A DNA stretch of 63,486 nucleotides, the filler included, from Octopus bimaculoides (lineage: Eukaryota): NCBI RefSeq assembly GCF_001194135.2. It is 4 parts of 4 records of this genome, joined end to end, with 100 filler letters (N's around TTAATTAATTAA, not from the genome) between each part and the next. Parts side by side here need not be neighbours in the genome. Positions count along the whole stretch, not along the records: positions 22,348 to 49,771 come from NC_068985.1; positions 49,872 to 56,624 come from NC_068999.1; positions 56,725 to 63,486 come from NC_068982.1; 1 more part is not named here. One strand, given 5' to 3'. The position numbers and the translations under genes were made by a program. The notes under the pieces are model-generated. The model searched no databases. It was not told the DNA's origin and saw nothing but the letters and a program-made list of their open reading frames with translations. Positions 49,524 to 61,879 of this stretch are shown one piece after another. The number at the start of each line of letters is the position of its first letter. Within the stretch, counting starts at the first letter, position 1.

Positions 49524-49771
49524 CTGAGAAAAAGAAAAAAACAAAGGAAGAACGGTGATACGTGAGCCATATAATTCATTAAAAATAAACTCTAATTATT
49601 TTCTATGTATAAGAAATAATTCATTTCGTAAATTGTTTCATTTAATTTAAACTATTTACCTCAGGTTGTCATACTGATGATTTCTAATAAGAATGAAACA
49701 GCATGATGATTATCTAATCCTAGAAATTTGAAGATATCGTAATGGGTAAGCAAATAAAATATTTATATATA

Positions 49772-49871
49772 NNNNNNNNNNNNNNNNNNNNNNNNNNNNN
49801 NNNNNNNNNNNNNNNTTAATTAATTAANNNNNNNNNNNNNNNNNNNNNNNNNNNNNNNNNNNNNNNNNNNN
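49772..49871. other. Artificial scaffold linker
   Basis: 44 N + TTAATTAATTAA + 44 N. Confidence 0.95.
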
Positions 49872-49955
49872 GTGGGGATAATGGTAGCAGACAACTGCAG
49901 AGGAAGGTCTAGAACAGGGATGCATGGAGGGAGATTGTTGATGGCCTATGCCCCA

Positions 49956-50600
49956 GGGGACTGCATGGCTCAGTGATTAGAGCATCAGGCTCACAGTCAT
50001 GAGGTAGAGAGTTTGATTCCCGAACTGGGCTGTGTGTTGTGTTCTTGAGCAAGACACTTTATTTCACATTGCTACAGTTCACTCAGTTGTAGAAATGAGT
50101 TGCAACATCACTGATGCCAGGCTATATTAGCCTTTGCCTTTCCCTCAGATAATATCAATGGTGTGGAGAGGGGAGGCTAATATGCACAGGTGATTGCTGG
50201 TCTTCCATAAACAAATTTGCCTNNNNNNNNNNCACACACACACAGTGAGAGAGAAAGAATATGAAGGCACATGGTTCAGTAGTTAGAGTGTTGGGCTCAC
50301 AATCGTGAGGTAGTGAGTCGGATTCCTGGACCAATCTGTGTGTTGTGTTCTTGAGCAAGACACTTTATTTCACATTGCTCCAGTTCACTCAGTTGTAGAA
50401 ATGAGTTGCAACATCACTGATGCCAGGCTATATTAGCCTTTGCCTTTCCCTTGGATAATATCAATGGTGTGGAGAGGGGAGGCTAATATGCACAGGTGAT
50501 TGCTGGTCTTCCATAAACAAATTTGCCTGGACTTGTACCTCCAAGGGGAACTTTCTAGATGCAATCCTATGGTCATTCATAGCCAAAGGGGGTCTTTACC
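49956..50600 (+). mobile_element. Two tandem CORE-like SINE copies
   Basis: Copies at 49956-50222 and 50264-50600 with gtgttcttgagcaagacactt...cactcagttgtagaaatg. Confidence 0.8.
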
Positions 50601-51102
50601 TTATATATATATATATATAGAAAGAGAGAGAGTCTTCTTGTCTTCTTCCTTATCAGCATCCCTTGTTATAGCACTCGATCAGTTAAGAGGATAAAGATGA
50701 TTTTATAATAAAAACTACAAGCCTTGTTAAATACAGCCACCCAGGGTTTTCTGGTCAAAACATTAATTATCCCAGAGTAGCTAATTCTTACCTATTAAGT
50801 AAATTCCATTGATGTTGACATTATCTTTCAGCCATTGGGGTATGATAAGTATTGGAGTCAATTCAATCTCTGACAGCCTTGCCCTTCAAATATGGATGTG
50901 TTATGTTAAGGTAAGAAATCTTTATTTAGATGCAGGCTGTGTCCATGATATAACTATGGCCTCTAGTTAAGAAGTTTATCTCAGAACCATGTGACCTGAG
51001 TTCAGTTTCATTATGTGGCATGTTGGGTAAAGTGTCTTCTACCATACCCTCATGCTAACCAATACCTTGTAACTTTGCAGGAACTTGTTGAGCATGTGTG
51101 CA

Positions 51103-51141
<39 letters not shown>

Positions 51142-51545
51142 TATGTTTTGTCCCCAACAAGACTAAACAGTCATCTCTTCTCTGTATCATCTCTGTTCTT
51201 TTACCATAGCCAGAGGATCATCTTAGTTACATCAAAAATCCTCTTTTACCTGTATTGTATCTGTAAATATGTTGTGTTCTTTCCCTCACAATATAGGAAC
51301 CATCAGCAGCAAGAGAATGAGATAGAAGAGAGAGTAATGGAATAGAGAGAGAGGGGGAAAGGAAGGAGTGAGTTACAGACAGTTACATAATGGTTATTGG
51401 TAAGGAAATTGGATAGAAACAACATGTCTGAGAGGGTGATAGAAGAAAGTATGATGAAAGAAAAGATTGATCTGGGTGAGAGGGTAATACAAGAGAGAGT
51501 AAAGAGGAAGAGATAAATAGATAGACAGACAAAAGACAGACAGAC

Positions 51546-51583
<38 letters not shown>

Positions 51584-52313
51584 TTAGAAGAGAGAGAGTG
51601 TGTGTATATGAGATAGACAGTTACACTCTGGTTGTTGGTTGGGAGATTGGATAGAAAACACATGGCTGAAAGATTGATTGAAGAGAGAGTAAAGGAAGAC
51701 AATCAGAGTCACAGCAGTGAGCTGAGGAGAGAGTAAAGGGAGTGTGTGTGTGTGTGTGTTTGTGATAGACAGTTACACTACTGTTGGAAAGAAAATTGAG
51801 TAGAAACATGAATGATGTAAAAGTGAAGAGAGAATATGATATGAGGGAGCCAGGGTGATGGAAAAGAGAATATTGAAAGTGAGAAAGTTTGTGTGTAATG
51901 AAAGAGAGAGCTGGTAGAGAGAGAGAGTGAGAGAGAAAGTGAGAAAGTGATGGATAACAATGAGGAAGAGTGATGGTAAAAAACTGGGCATAATGGATAT
52001 CAATAATGAATGACAGAGAGGGAGTAATAGGGTAAGAGATGGGGATGTCTAGCAGCAGGGCAGTGTGATGGCAAGAGGAAATTGTATATGGACAGCTCCA
52101 ATGCACTGCCATCCCTCATTTCACAAACAGCATGGTGGGAGAGATAATAGTAACATTGATGGAAAAGGGGTTAAGTGCAAGATTTTGATAAGAGGTTAAG
52201 AAAAAGGAGAGGGGTAAGAAAAGTACATGGAAACTTGAAAATATTATACAAATGAATACCTTCAGAAATATTGTCTGAATTATTTGAAACAAAGTAGAAA
52301 GAGTATATGAATA

Positions 52314-52460
52314 GGTGCAGGAGTGGCTGTGTGGTAAGTAGCTTGCTTACCAGCCACATGGTTCCGGGTTCATTCCCACTACATGGCACCTTGAGCAAGT
52401 GTCTTCTACTATAGCCTCGGGCCAACCAAACCCTTGTGAGTGGATTTGGTAAATGGAAAA
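52314..52460 (+). mobile_element. SINE family A head
   Basis: aggtgcaggagtggctgtgtggtaagtagcttgcttacc...ggttccgggttcattccc. Confidence 0.85.
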
Positions 52461-52479
52461 AAGGTGCCATATTTTTGTA

Positions 52480-52783
52480 GTGATGATTGATATATTTTAA
52501 GCTCTAGGTAACCCATTACAAGGTTCGCAATCACTGGAGCAGCTCGGGTTCCCATTGCAATTCCACATTTTTGTCGATAGTAAACTGTATCGAACATGAA
52601 ATAGTTGTTCAGTTGGATGAATTTGAGTGCTGCGATTATGAATCTGTGGTTGATGCGTCCTGGGATCTCTTGTGGGTATTTTTCTAGTCAGAAGGTGATC
52701 GCTTCTATACCATAATCGTGTGGGATATTGGTGTACAAATACACCACATCGAATGATACTAACAGGGTTCCTTCATTTATTGT
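52480..52783 (-). pseudogene. Penelope-like (Neptune/Poseidon-type) reverse transcriptase fragment
   Basis: LLVSFDVVYLYTNIPHDYGIEAITF*L...NYFMFDTVYYRQKCGIAMGTRAAPVIANLVMGYLE: RT motifs A and B'; one internal TGA. Confidence 0.9.
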
Positions 52784-53196
52784 NNNNNNNNNNNNNNNNN
52801 NNNNNNNNNNNNNNNNNNNNNNNNNNNNNNNNNNNNNNNNNNNNNNNNNNNNNNNNNNNNNNNNNNNNNNNNNNNNNNNNNNNNNNNNNNNNNNNNNNNN
52901 NNNNNNNNNNNNNNNNNNNNNNNNNNNNNNNNNNNNNNNNNNNNNNNNNNNNNNNNNNNNNNNNNNNNNNNNNNNNNNNNNNNNNNNNNNNNNNNNNNNN
53001 NNNNNNNNNNNNNNNNNNNNNNNNNNNNNNNNNNNNNNNNNNNNNNNNNNNNNNNNNNNNNNNNNNNNNNNNNNNNNNNNNNNNNNNNNNNNNNNNNNNN
53101 NNNNNNNNNNNNNNNNNNNNNNNNNNNNNNNNNNNNNNNNNNNNNNNNNNNNNNNNNNNNNNNNNNNNNNNNNNNNNNNNNNNNNNNNNNNNNNNN

Positions 53197-53250
<54 letters not shown>

Positions 53251-54435
53251 ATGTATGTGTGTAGGCTTGTACTCATAAATATATTTTATGATTTCACTAA
53301 GGAATAGTGATATGAATAACCTATTTTGTGTGTGTATATACATACATACATATATATATATACACACGCACACACACACGCACACATATATATATAGAGA
53401 GAGAAAGATAGTTAGATAGAGAGAGGGAGAGAGAGAGAGAGAGAAATGGATATCTAGATAGATACAGATATAAATGGAAATATATACATATATATAAATA
53501 TGTGTATATATTTATGTATATATGTATGTGTGTGGAAGTGGAGAGGAGTAAATATTTACATATATTGAGATACACAATATGATACCATTATAAAATAGCT
53601 ACACAAACATATACACATGCATACATTCTTACACACACACACACACATATATATGCATTTATTCATAAACACATGTACATACATGTGTGTGTGTGTATTA
53701 TATTTATATATATTTCCTGTATATCCCTTACCATATTATCATCTGATATAGTGCCATAATCTAACATAACTTCTGTCTTTTATACTTTCTCCTCATGCAA
53801 GATTTCATCAAAGACATAATAAAGTTGAATGAAATAATTGAAAGAATGCTTTACCAAAAATACACTCGTAATCTCTACCAAGCCTGTTCACTGAACTAAT
53901 TCACTTAAACATGAAATATAAACAACACTTGAATTAAATCTTCAGATTTAGAAGATTACTAAGCTATAAGGAAAAGAAAAAACAATCTGATTTTTGTCTT
54001 GTTTTTTTATTGACCAAATTATTGATTTCTGAAGAATTTCAAAAAATTGACTAACAAAACTGTGAGAATCTGAGAAAATCTCTTATCTACAAAGGTTCTT
54101 GCTTTCTGCTCTTATTTATTTCAAATCTCTGTTATTGTTTCAATGTTTCTAGACTTATCTGAAATCTAACTGGGGGATTTACTGACACTAATCACATTTA
54201 TGTATACACCTATTGCACATGTTTCTTTTTGAAATCATTTGTCTAAGACAAAGGGATAACACCCATAAATTTGTTATGACTTTTCTAGACAGGGATTTTT
54301 TTGTTTTCTTTTTTATTAAGCCTTTTGACTTCAACCTGCCTGAGACAGATTTCATACTACAAGACAACTTTCTATTTTTTAGTGATCTAAATTAGAAGTT
54401 TCCATCAAACCTTCATGTAAATTTATGTTCTAAAC

Positions 54436-54960
54436 CAGGGATGGGGAAACTTTTTAGTGCGGTGGGCAAAAATTTCCAAAGAAAAGGGTCTGCGGGCTGA
54501 TCAAAAGTTCTAACTCTTTAATCCTTGTAAATCTTGTATATATCTATGTATAATTCAATATACATTAATAAAGATAAGTTTAACACATTAAATTAACATG
54601 TAACATCTTCTTTAATGTCACCACTGAATTTAGAACATTTATATTACATTTGAGGTGTTCTATTTTTTTTCCTGCTAGAGTATAGTTGGGTTTTAAGGGG
54701 TGGTACAAACCTAGCAATATGTGTTTCAGAGAGAAAACAAAATTCCCATCCAAATGGCAATTGCCAGACGATTTTCTGTTCGAGTCTAGCTGTTTTAAAT
54801 TGTAGAGGAAATGTGACTTATGTTGCAAATAGGCATATGAATGTTGTATAAATTTCATAATTGGAAAATTTGCAATATTTTGTACATACGAATATATCAG
54901 CCTGCAGGTACAATAAAATGTGCTCACGGGCGCAATTGCACCCGCAGGCAGGATTTCTCA
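54436..54960. mobile_element. Possible hAT-type non-autonomous element
   Basis: Left end cagggatggggaaact and a subterminal gggcgc..gcacccgc motif; the right terminus is degraded. Confidence 0.3.
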
Positions 54961-56624
54961 ACGTTTTGACCTTTGGATTCCTTTGATTCTTATTTTACTC
55001 AACTGACCCTCAGACCCATTCAATGTTTATAGAATCCTATTATATCGTTTGTCTTTTATCTTTTATTTGTTTCAGTCATTAGACTGGAATAAAATGATTG
55101 GGTAAAATGTTTATTTCAGGTCAAAGACAGGGCGACACAGAGAATATGACAATGGAAGAACTGTGGATTGTGGTAGAGATAAAGAACACAGGGTGGGCAT
55201 AAAGACAGAGCTAATAATCAAAATAATAGTGGTGGTGGTGCTGGTGTTGGTGCTGGTAGTGGTGGTGGTTCCTCACACATTCTCTTCAATGACAATGTCA
55301 CTACATAATATTACAGGAAAAACTATTTTCTTTCTCTAATAAAAGAATTTATGCAATTCAAACTTACAGTATATATTTCTTTCTTACATTAGCACAAGAT
55401 CCCTAATTTTTTGCATGACATACGTCAATGTAACTGACACCATTACTTAATTGTATTTTATGTAATCCAGTTAAGCATTACTGTATTTTATTATCTACAA
55501 TAATGCTGTATTATGTATTTTATGAATTGCAGAATGAGGAAAAGCGAGGTCAACTCCAATGAAAGTTGAATCCGGATCTGACAAAATTGTTCACATTTTT
55601 ACTGGCATTCTATCAGTTCCAGTATTTTGTGTCTCTCCAGACAAGCTACATACCAATTCTACAAGTTAATCTCCACCTTCCTCCTCAGTTGGCACTCTAC
55701 CAATTGCACCACCTCATATCCATATCATTGTATACCAATGTGACAATACTCATGTTCTTTCTGCTAAATTTAATACCAATTTCTTCAAAATCATGAAATT
55801 GAAACTTTACTTTGGTACAGACAGTCACCAGATATAATTCTATTGATATATTTTTGATATATCTTTTATACAAAGCTATAATTATAGTATATCTTAGAGC
55901 TGAAGATGAATTTGTGACACACCTTTAAGTCAAAGCTGAAATTTTGATGGTATGCTTGGATTAAAGCTCAATGTATGACACATCTTTGAGCCGTATTTAT
56001 GATTTATGTTTAAGTTAAAGATGAATTTGTGACAATCTTTAAATTACAACTGAATTTATTGACCCTTTATAAACAAAGTATCTTTATTTCTGGCAGTTCA
56101 AGAAAAATGATGAGAATTATGACAAGAATTAAATTTGACACTACTGAACAATCATACTGAAAATATGATTAAAAGATTCTAAGACTACAAGATAAGCAGA
56201 CCAGAAATATTGACTATTAAATTTTTGTTATGAATAGATATCAATTCTATTATTATTTAATAAATTTTTCTTATAATAGAGTCCAATTTCTATTTTTATT
56301 AATACAATAAAGGATTTAATTGTAATAAATTTTTTTATTTGAAAAACTCTAGATTTACACAAAGTGGCTTATTAGTTTTAGATAAGGTGTAAGTATGTGT
56401 TTGTGTGGGAGGAATGACAGTCCATCTGGGTGGAGAAACACAAAAATATTCTTGCTTGATGTCTGGGCATGCAGTCAAACTGCACAGATTGATGCAACAC
56501 AATTAGATGTACTGAATCCTGCCTATAACAGACAATTGTAGAATGGGTCAAAACAGCTGTTGCACTGAATAAAGACTAGTGCTAAATTTATCTTCTGTTT
56601 CGTTCATCAATTATATATATATAT

Positions 56625-56724
56625 NNNNNNNNNNNNNNNNNNNNNNNNNNNNNNNNNNNNNNNNNNNNTTAATTAATTAANNNNNNNNNNNNNNNNNNNN
56701 NNNNNNNNNNNNNNNNNNNNNNNN
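56625..56724. other. Artificial scaffold linker
   Basis: 44 N + TTAATTAATTAA + 44 N. Confidence 0.95.
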
Positions 56725-56844
56725 TACTGTCTATGTGATCTCAAATTTTAAAGCAAACACATAATTTTCTTATGGTTTCTTAAACATTCACTTGAACAAA
56801 ACTGTACAAATCCAAATATATGGTACCCTAGGCATAACACCTAC

Positions 56845-56897
56845 ATGAACTTCTAACTTGTTGTCTCTTGAGGTCTCTTGGTGAGACTTGGATCCAA
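56845..56897 (-). CDS. Candidate upstream 53-bp exon of the host gene
   Basis: Acceptor ttttgttttgcatttgtacaAG, donor GTAGGT; two frames open; separated from the other exons by two scaffold linkers. Confidence 0.25.
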
Positions 56898-56930
56898 CTT
56901 GTACAAATGCAAAACAAAAGTCAAACATAA

Positions 56931-56993
<63 letters not shown>

Positions 56994-56995
<2 letters not shown>

Positions 56996-57604
56996 AGAAA
57001 ATGACAATAATGATAATAGGGAAAATATAAGATCGTATGAAGCTTTACAATCCAATGTGACCCACTAGTTCATGATGCTCGAAGAGTAGATGTTGTTAAA
57101 GGAAAAAAGGTATAAAAGGAAGAAAGGAAAACAAGATTATAGTTACTGCCATATCCGGGGATGAAGGCGCAGACGACGAAGAGCTTCAAAAGCTACCAAG
57201 AGGCGAAATTGTTTGAATATGTGCAATGAAAGGAGTAACTGTCATCCCAATAGTTGTAGGTGCGGTATCAGCACTAACAACCAAGTTTGGAAAATATGAC
57301 GGAGAAATTGAAATTCTCATGCATGAGGGTAGTACATGCTGAAAAAATACTATATTGAGGGCAGCGAATATTTTAAGATTGGTAATCAGGTGTTAAGTAT
57401 CGTGGAAAGACACCTTGTGAGACCTTTAACAACAATAGCCTGGGCAGTACACTTAGGGTATTCCGCGGAAAACCCCGCACAAAATCTTGGATTACTGTGC
57501 CATCTCCAAGTGCCCTGTTCCAATTCCTTTCCTCTTACTTAGAAAAGCATATTCAGAGTAGATCCACCAGTCTTGTCACTGTCGAGCACCTTTTGACAAA
57601 CATG
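56994..57604 (+). mobile_element. 5'-truncated R4/Dong-like RLE element embedded in (TAA)n
   Basis: TIQCDPLVHDARRVDVV ... ISGDE...MKGVTVIPIVVGAVS...ILRAANILR; (TAA)n at 56931-56993 and 57605-57675. Confidence 0.75.
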
Positions 57605-57678
<74 letters not shown>

Positions 57679-57680
57679 GA

Positions 57681-57770
57681 GAAGAAGAAGAAGAAGAAGA
57701 AGAAGAAGAAGAAGAAGAAGAAGAAGAAGAAGAAGAAGAAGAAGAAGAAGAAGAAGAAGAAGAAGAAGAA
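57681..57770. repeat. (GAA)n microsatellite
   Basis: Direct reading; continues into a gap. Confidence 0.98.
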
Positions 57771-57998
57771 NNNNNNNNNNNNNNNNNNNNNNNNNNNNNN
57801 NNNNNNNNNNNNNNNNNNNNNNNNNNNNNNNNNNNNNNNNNNNNNNNNNNNNNNNNNNNNNNNNNNNNNNNNNNNNNNNNNNNNNNNNNNNNNNNNNNNN
57901 NNNNNNNNNNNNNNNNNNNNNNNNNNNNNNNNNNNNNNNNNNNNNNNNNNNNNNNNNNNNNNNNNNNNNNNNNNNNNNNNNNNNNNNNNNNNNNNNNN

Positions 57999-58660
57999 GA
58001 TTGAATGGCTGAAAATTAAAGTCACTCTCCCAAAAATTCGTAATTCTTACCAAAACTTGAAAATAATTGGTAAAATCCACCTAGCACATAAGGAAATAGT
58101 GTCAGCTAATGATGTTGATATCACAGATCTCAACCACCTGTACTATGCATCCGCGAAAATGTCAACGATTTTATGTAGTGAAAAGATTAGAAAACAACAT
58201 TCCCACAAAAAGCCTTCTTGGCAAGAGCGTATTCAACACCAAATTACGCTACATAGGTCTTACATGGAATGTTTAAAATACCTTAAGTCTGACAAGACTA
58301 TCAAACCTAAAAAAAAAAAAAAAAGGAAAAAACGAAAATTAAAGAAACAATATAATATGTAAACCATGCTTGACATTGATACCACCATAGAAACCATCAA
58401 GCAAAATATATGTGATAAAGCTGCACGCATAGCAAGGTATGAAAAGCGCGTTAGATTCTTCAAGGACAACAACATGTTCAAAAATAACCCCAAACATGTT
58501 TACAGGAAGATAAGGAAAATACCAGTTACAGTAAAGTATGTCCCATGAAAAGAAGAAGAGCAGGAATTTGGGAATAAAATTTGGGCAGAAGAAAAGAAAC
58601 ACTCAACGAAAAGGCCCCTTGGATTGATAGAATATCTACAGACTTAGACTCCTTATATAC
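57999..58660 (+). mobile_element. N-terminal ORF fragment of an R4/Dong-like element
   Basis: DITDLNHLYYASA...KPSWQERIQ...IETIKQNI...RIARYEKRVRFFKDNNMFKNNPKHVYRK...KIW..EKKH, with frameshifts; followed by (TAA)n. Confidence 0.75.
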
Positions 58661-58679
58661 TTCTACTACTACTAATAAA

Positions 58680-58767
<88 letters not shown>

Positions 58768-58989
58768 TAATAACAGCATATCTAGTACTGAGATACTAAA
58801 TGATGGTAAATCTAGTTGGTTACCGCAAGCATAGGCATGGCATATATAGATAGCAAATGGTAGATTACCCTGAATGTATAATATTTATTTAACAACGTAT
58901 GCATAACACTTCGTCCGTACTGAATTAGACAGAGATTCCGATGACTGCTACTGTATAACTTCGATGTAAAGCTGTAAATATATATATGA

Positions 58990-59125
58990 AGTGGTTCTTT
59001 CAGTCTCCATCTACGAAATCTACTCACAAGCCTCTGGTCGGCCTGAGGCTATAATAGAAGACACTTGAGCAAAGTGTCATACAGTGGGGACTGAACCCGG
59101 AACAATGTTGTTACCACACAGCCAC
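58990..59125 (-). mobile_element. SINE family A head
   Basis: ctttcagtctccatctacgaaatctactcacaag...agaagacacttgagcaaag. Confidence 0.65.
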
Positions 59126-59292
59126 GTCAAGAAAGAGAGAGAGAGGGATGGCAGATATATACTAAAAGACCGGTTAATAAATATATTTATTATTTAAATT
59201 ATATCTTAATTTATGTATGCGTTTCGTCATCGTTTAACGCTCGCTATGCGTATTTGTGTGTGCGTGTATGTGTGTGTGTGTGTGCCTGTGTG

Positions 59293-59334
<42 letters not shown>

Positions 59335-61085
59335 TGTGTCCATGCGTGTGTGTGTGTATGTATATGTGTATGCATACTTGTCTATATTTGGAAAGTATAA
59401 TTACCTCGTATCTCTTCTAAACTGCAAATATATGCCTTTATATCTCTGCATGTTATACTTGTGAGTAAACGCTTATATATTTGCCAATATGACGATAGAT
59501 GAATATGTTTTTTTTTTCTTTGCAAGGTTGTCTATTGTATCCCCATTCCTACTTTTGTGTGCTCTCCTTTACTTGCAAATGGTTTTATCTCTATGCATAA
59601 TGCACTATACATAGAAATACATTATACAGGATCATTACACGGATGATTAGTTAAGACATTAAAAATTAAAGCCGAATTGGTCATCGGGAAAGAAATACGA
59701 AATATATTTGAAAAAAGGAGAAAATAATTACAGCAAAACATAAACAAAAGCAATACAAAGATTAAATAAAATATACTAGAGAAAATTAAAGTTGCTCCGA
59801 AATGTAATTCTGAAGGCAACATACTTGAACAGAGAATTTGCTTTCAAAAAATAATAAAATATCTTAAATACTTGAAAATATCCTATTCTAAATATTACGA
59901 ATTGATGTCTTCAAAACTTTGGTTTTGTTTTGTTCTGTTTTTTTTTTCTTAAAAAATTGATTTTATTATATAGAGAATAACATTTCAATACATTCATACA
60001 TTTTTGAAATAAAAATGTACATTCTCGTCTCATTGTTGAATACACTTTTTAGAATTCCAAAACTATATATTTGTTATAATACATCTAAAGAAAAAATTAG
60101 AGATGTGTGTGTGTGTGTNNNNNNNNNNNNNNNNNNNNNNNNNNNNNNNNNNNNNNNNNNNNNNNNNNNNNNNNNNNNNNNNNNNNNNNNNNNNNNNNNN
60201 NNNNNNNNNNNNNNNNNNNNNNNNNNNNNNNNNNNNNNNNNNNNNNNNNNNNNNNNNNNNNNNNNNNNNNNNNNNNNNNNNNNNNNNNNNNNNNNNNNNN
60301 NNNNNNNNNNNNNNNNNNNNNNNNNNNNNNNNNNNNNNNNNNNNNNNNNNNNNNNNNNNNNNNNNNNNNNNNNNNNNNNNNNNNNNNNNNNNNNNNNNNN
60401 NNNNNNNNNNNNNNNNNNNNNNNNNNNNNNNNNNNNNNNNNNNNNNNNNNNNNNNNNNNNNNNNNNNNNNNNNNNNNNNNNNNNNNNNNNNNNNNNNNNN
60501 NNNNNNNNNNNNNNNNNNNNNNNNNNNNNNNNNNNNNNNNNNNNNNNNNNNNNNNNNNNNNNNNNNNNNNNNNNNNNNNNNNNNNNNNNNNNNNNNNNNN
60601 NNNNNNNNNNNNNNNNNNNNNNNATATATATATATATATATATATACATATATACACACATATACGTAATATCTGATGTGCGCTCTTATATTTTCAATGG
60701 ATTCATATTTTATTTAAAGAAGTATTTTTCAATATTCTTCAAACGTGCTTTTTATCTCTTGCTTTGCAAAACCTTTCATGTTATATTGTCTACTTTACTT
60801 ACATTTAGACGTTTTCTTTAAGGAATTTGTTCTCTGTTAGGAAATTCTTCGTATCCAAACAATGGCAATTCCCTCCATCATAAATATGGCTTTCCTTGTT
60901 TACGTTCCAAGAAACTTGATTAGATTATACCTCCACTAGTCATGCAAACATATACAGGTAAATACAAAGAGGCATGCAGGTTTGCATACATTATCAAACA
61001 TATATTTAAAGCACTCTCTGAGGTGGTATGTTGAGTTGTATCTTATCATCCTTCATAGAAATTCTGCAAGCAATTATGTTTAAGG

Positions 61086-61153
<68 letters not shown>

Positions 61154-61879
61154 TAGATGTTCGATAACATGTTCATGTGACTACCATGTTGTGTGCATAC
61201 ATAGAAATGATTTTGATAAATTTTGCACCCGAAATATAACTTCATTTTAATTTTACATTGCTAGACATAACTTATGGAAAGTCAAATGATTTAAGCATTT
61301 ATATTGGAACAAACTTCATTTGTCTGCGAATCCATTTCAATACAATGAAATATAGATACAAATTAAGTGTGTGTTAATATTTGATGTTGTCGCTACATCT
61401 AATGGTGCGTATGAAAGCATAATTTACATTTAATCAAGCCTAGATGTGTATAATCACACTTTAAATCGTGTTAGATATATATAAATATGTATAACTATTA
61501 TTGTTACGTATTAAGTTTTGCTGCACTGACTCGAGAAGTCATCTTTTTTCACAGGATCCGTCGCCAAAATGTATTTGTGTACTGTATTTTCAATTTCGGT
61601 AAGAAGTAAATGTAGTACAAAAGTTGCTCAAAACGTGATTTCATTCAGATATTTTCACCATGACTACATATGTCTCTCCAAAGATTTTACTTCTCCAAAT
61701 GATCGTCAAGAGGATACATATACAAAATAAAGGAGTGAAAGTAGCCTATAAATAGATCACGCAGACGAAATATAAAGTAAATCCAAGATCACTAGATTCC
61801 CGTTGGTTATCCGTATGTCATGTGACCATGTGATTGCCGCGGAAAATCAGCATAAAGATTCAGCAAAATAAAGGAAGAA

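Noticed and set aside
49660-49683. 24-nt micro-exon with good-looking splice sites upstream of exon 49523
   Set aside because: Its only open frame is phase 2-2 and meets a stop when joined to the phase-1 exon.
61556-61600. Possible plus-strand first coding exon (AG...gccaaaATG...GTAAGA)
   Set aside because: Only 45 bp, with no partner exon found; such signals arise by chance in AT-rich DNA.
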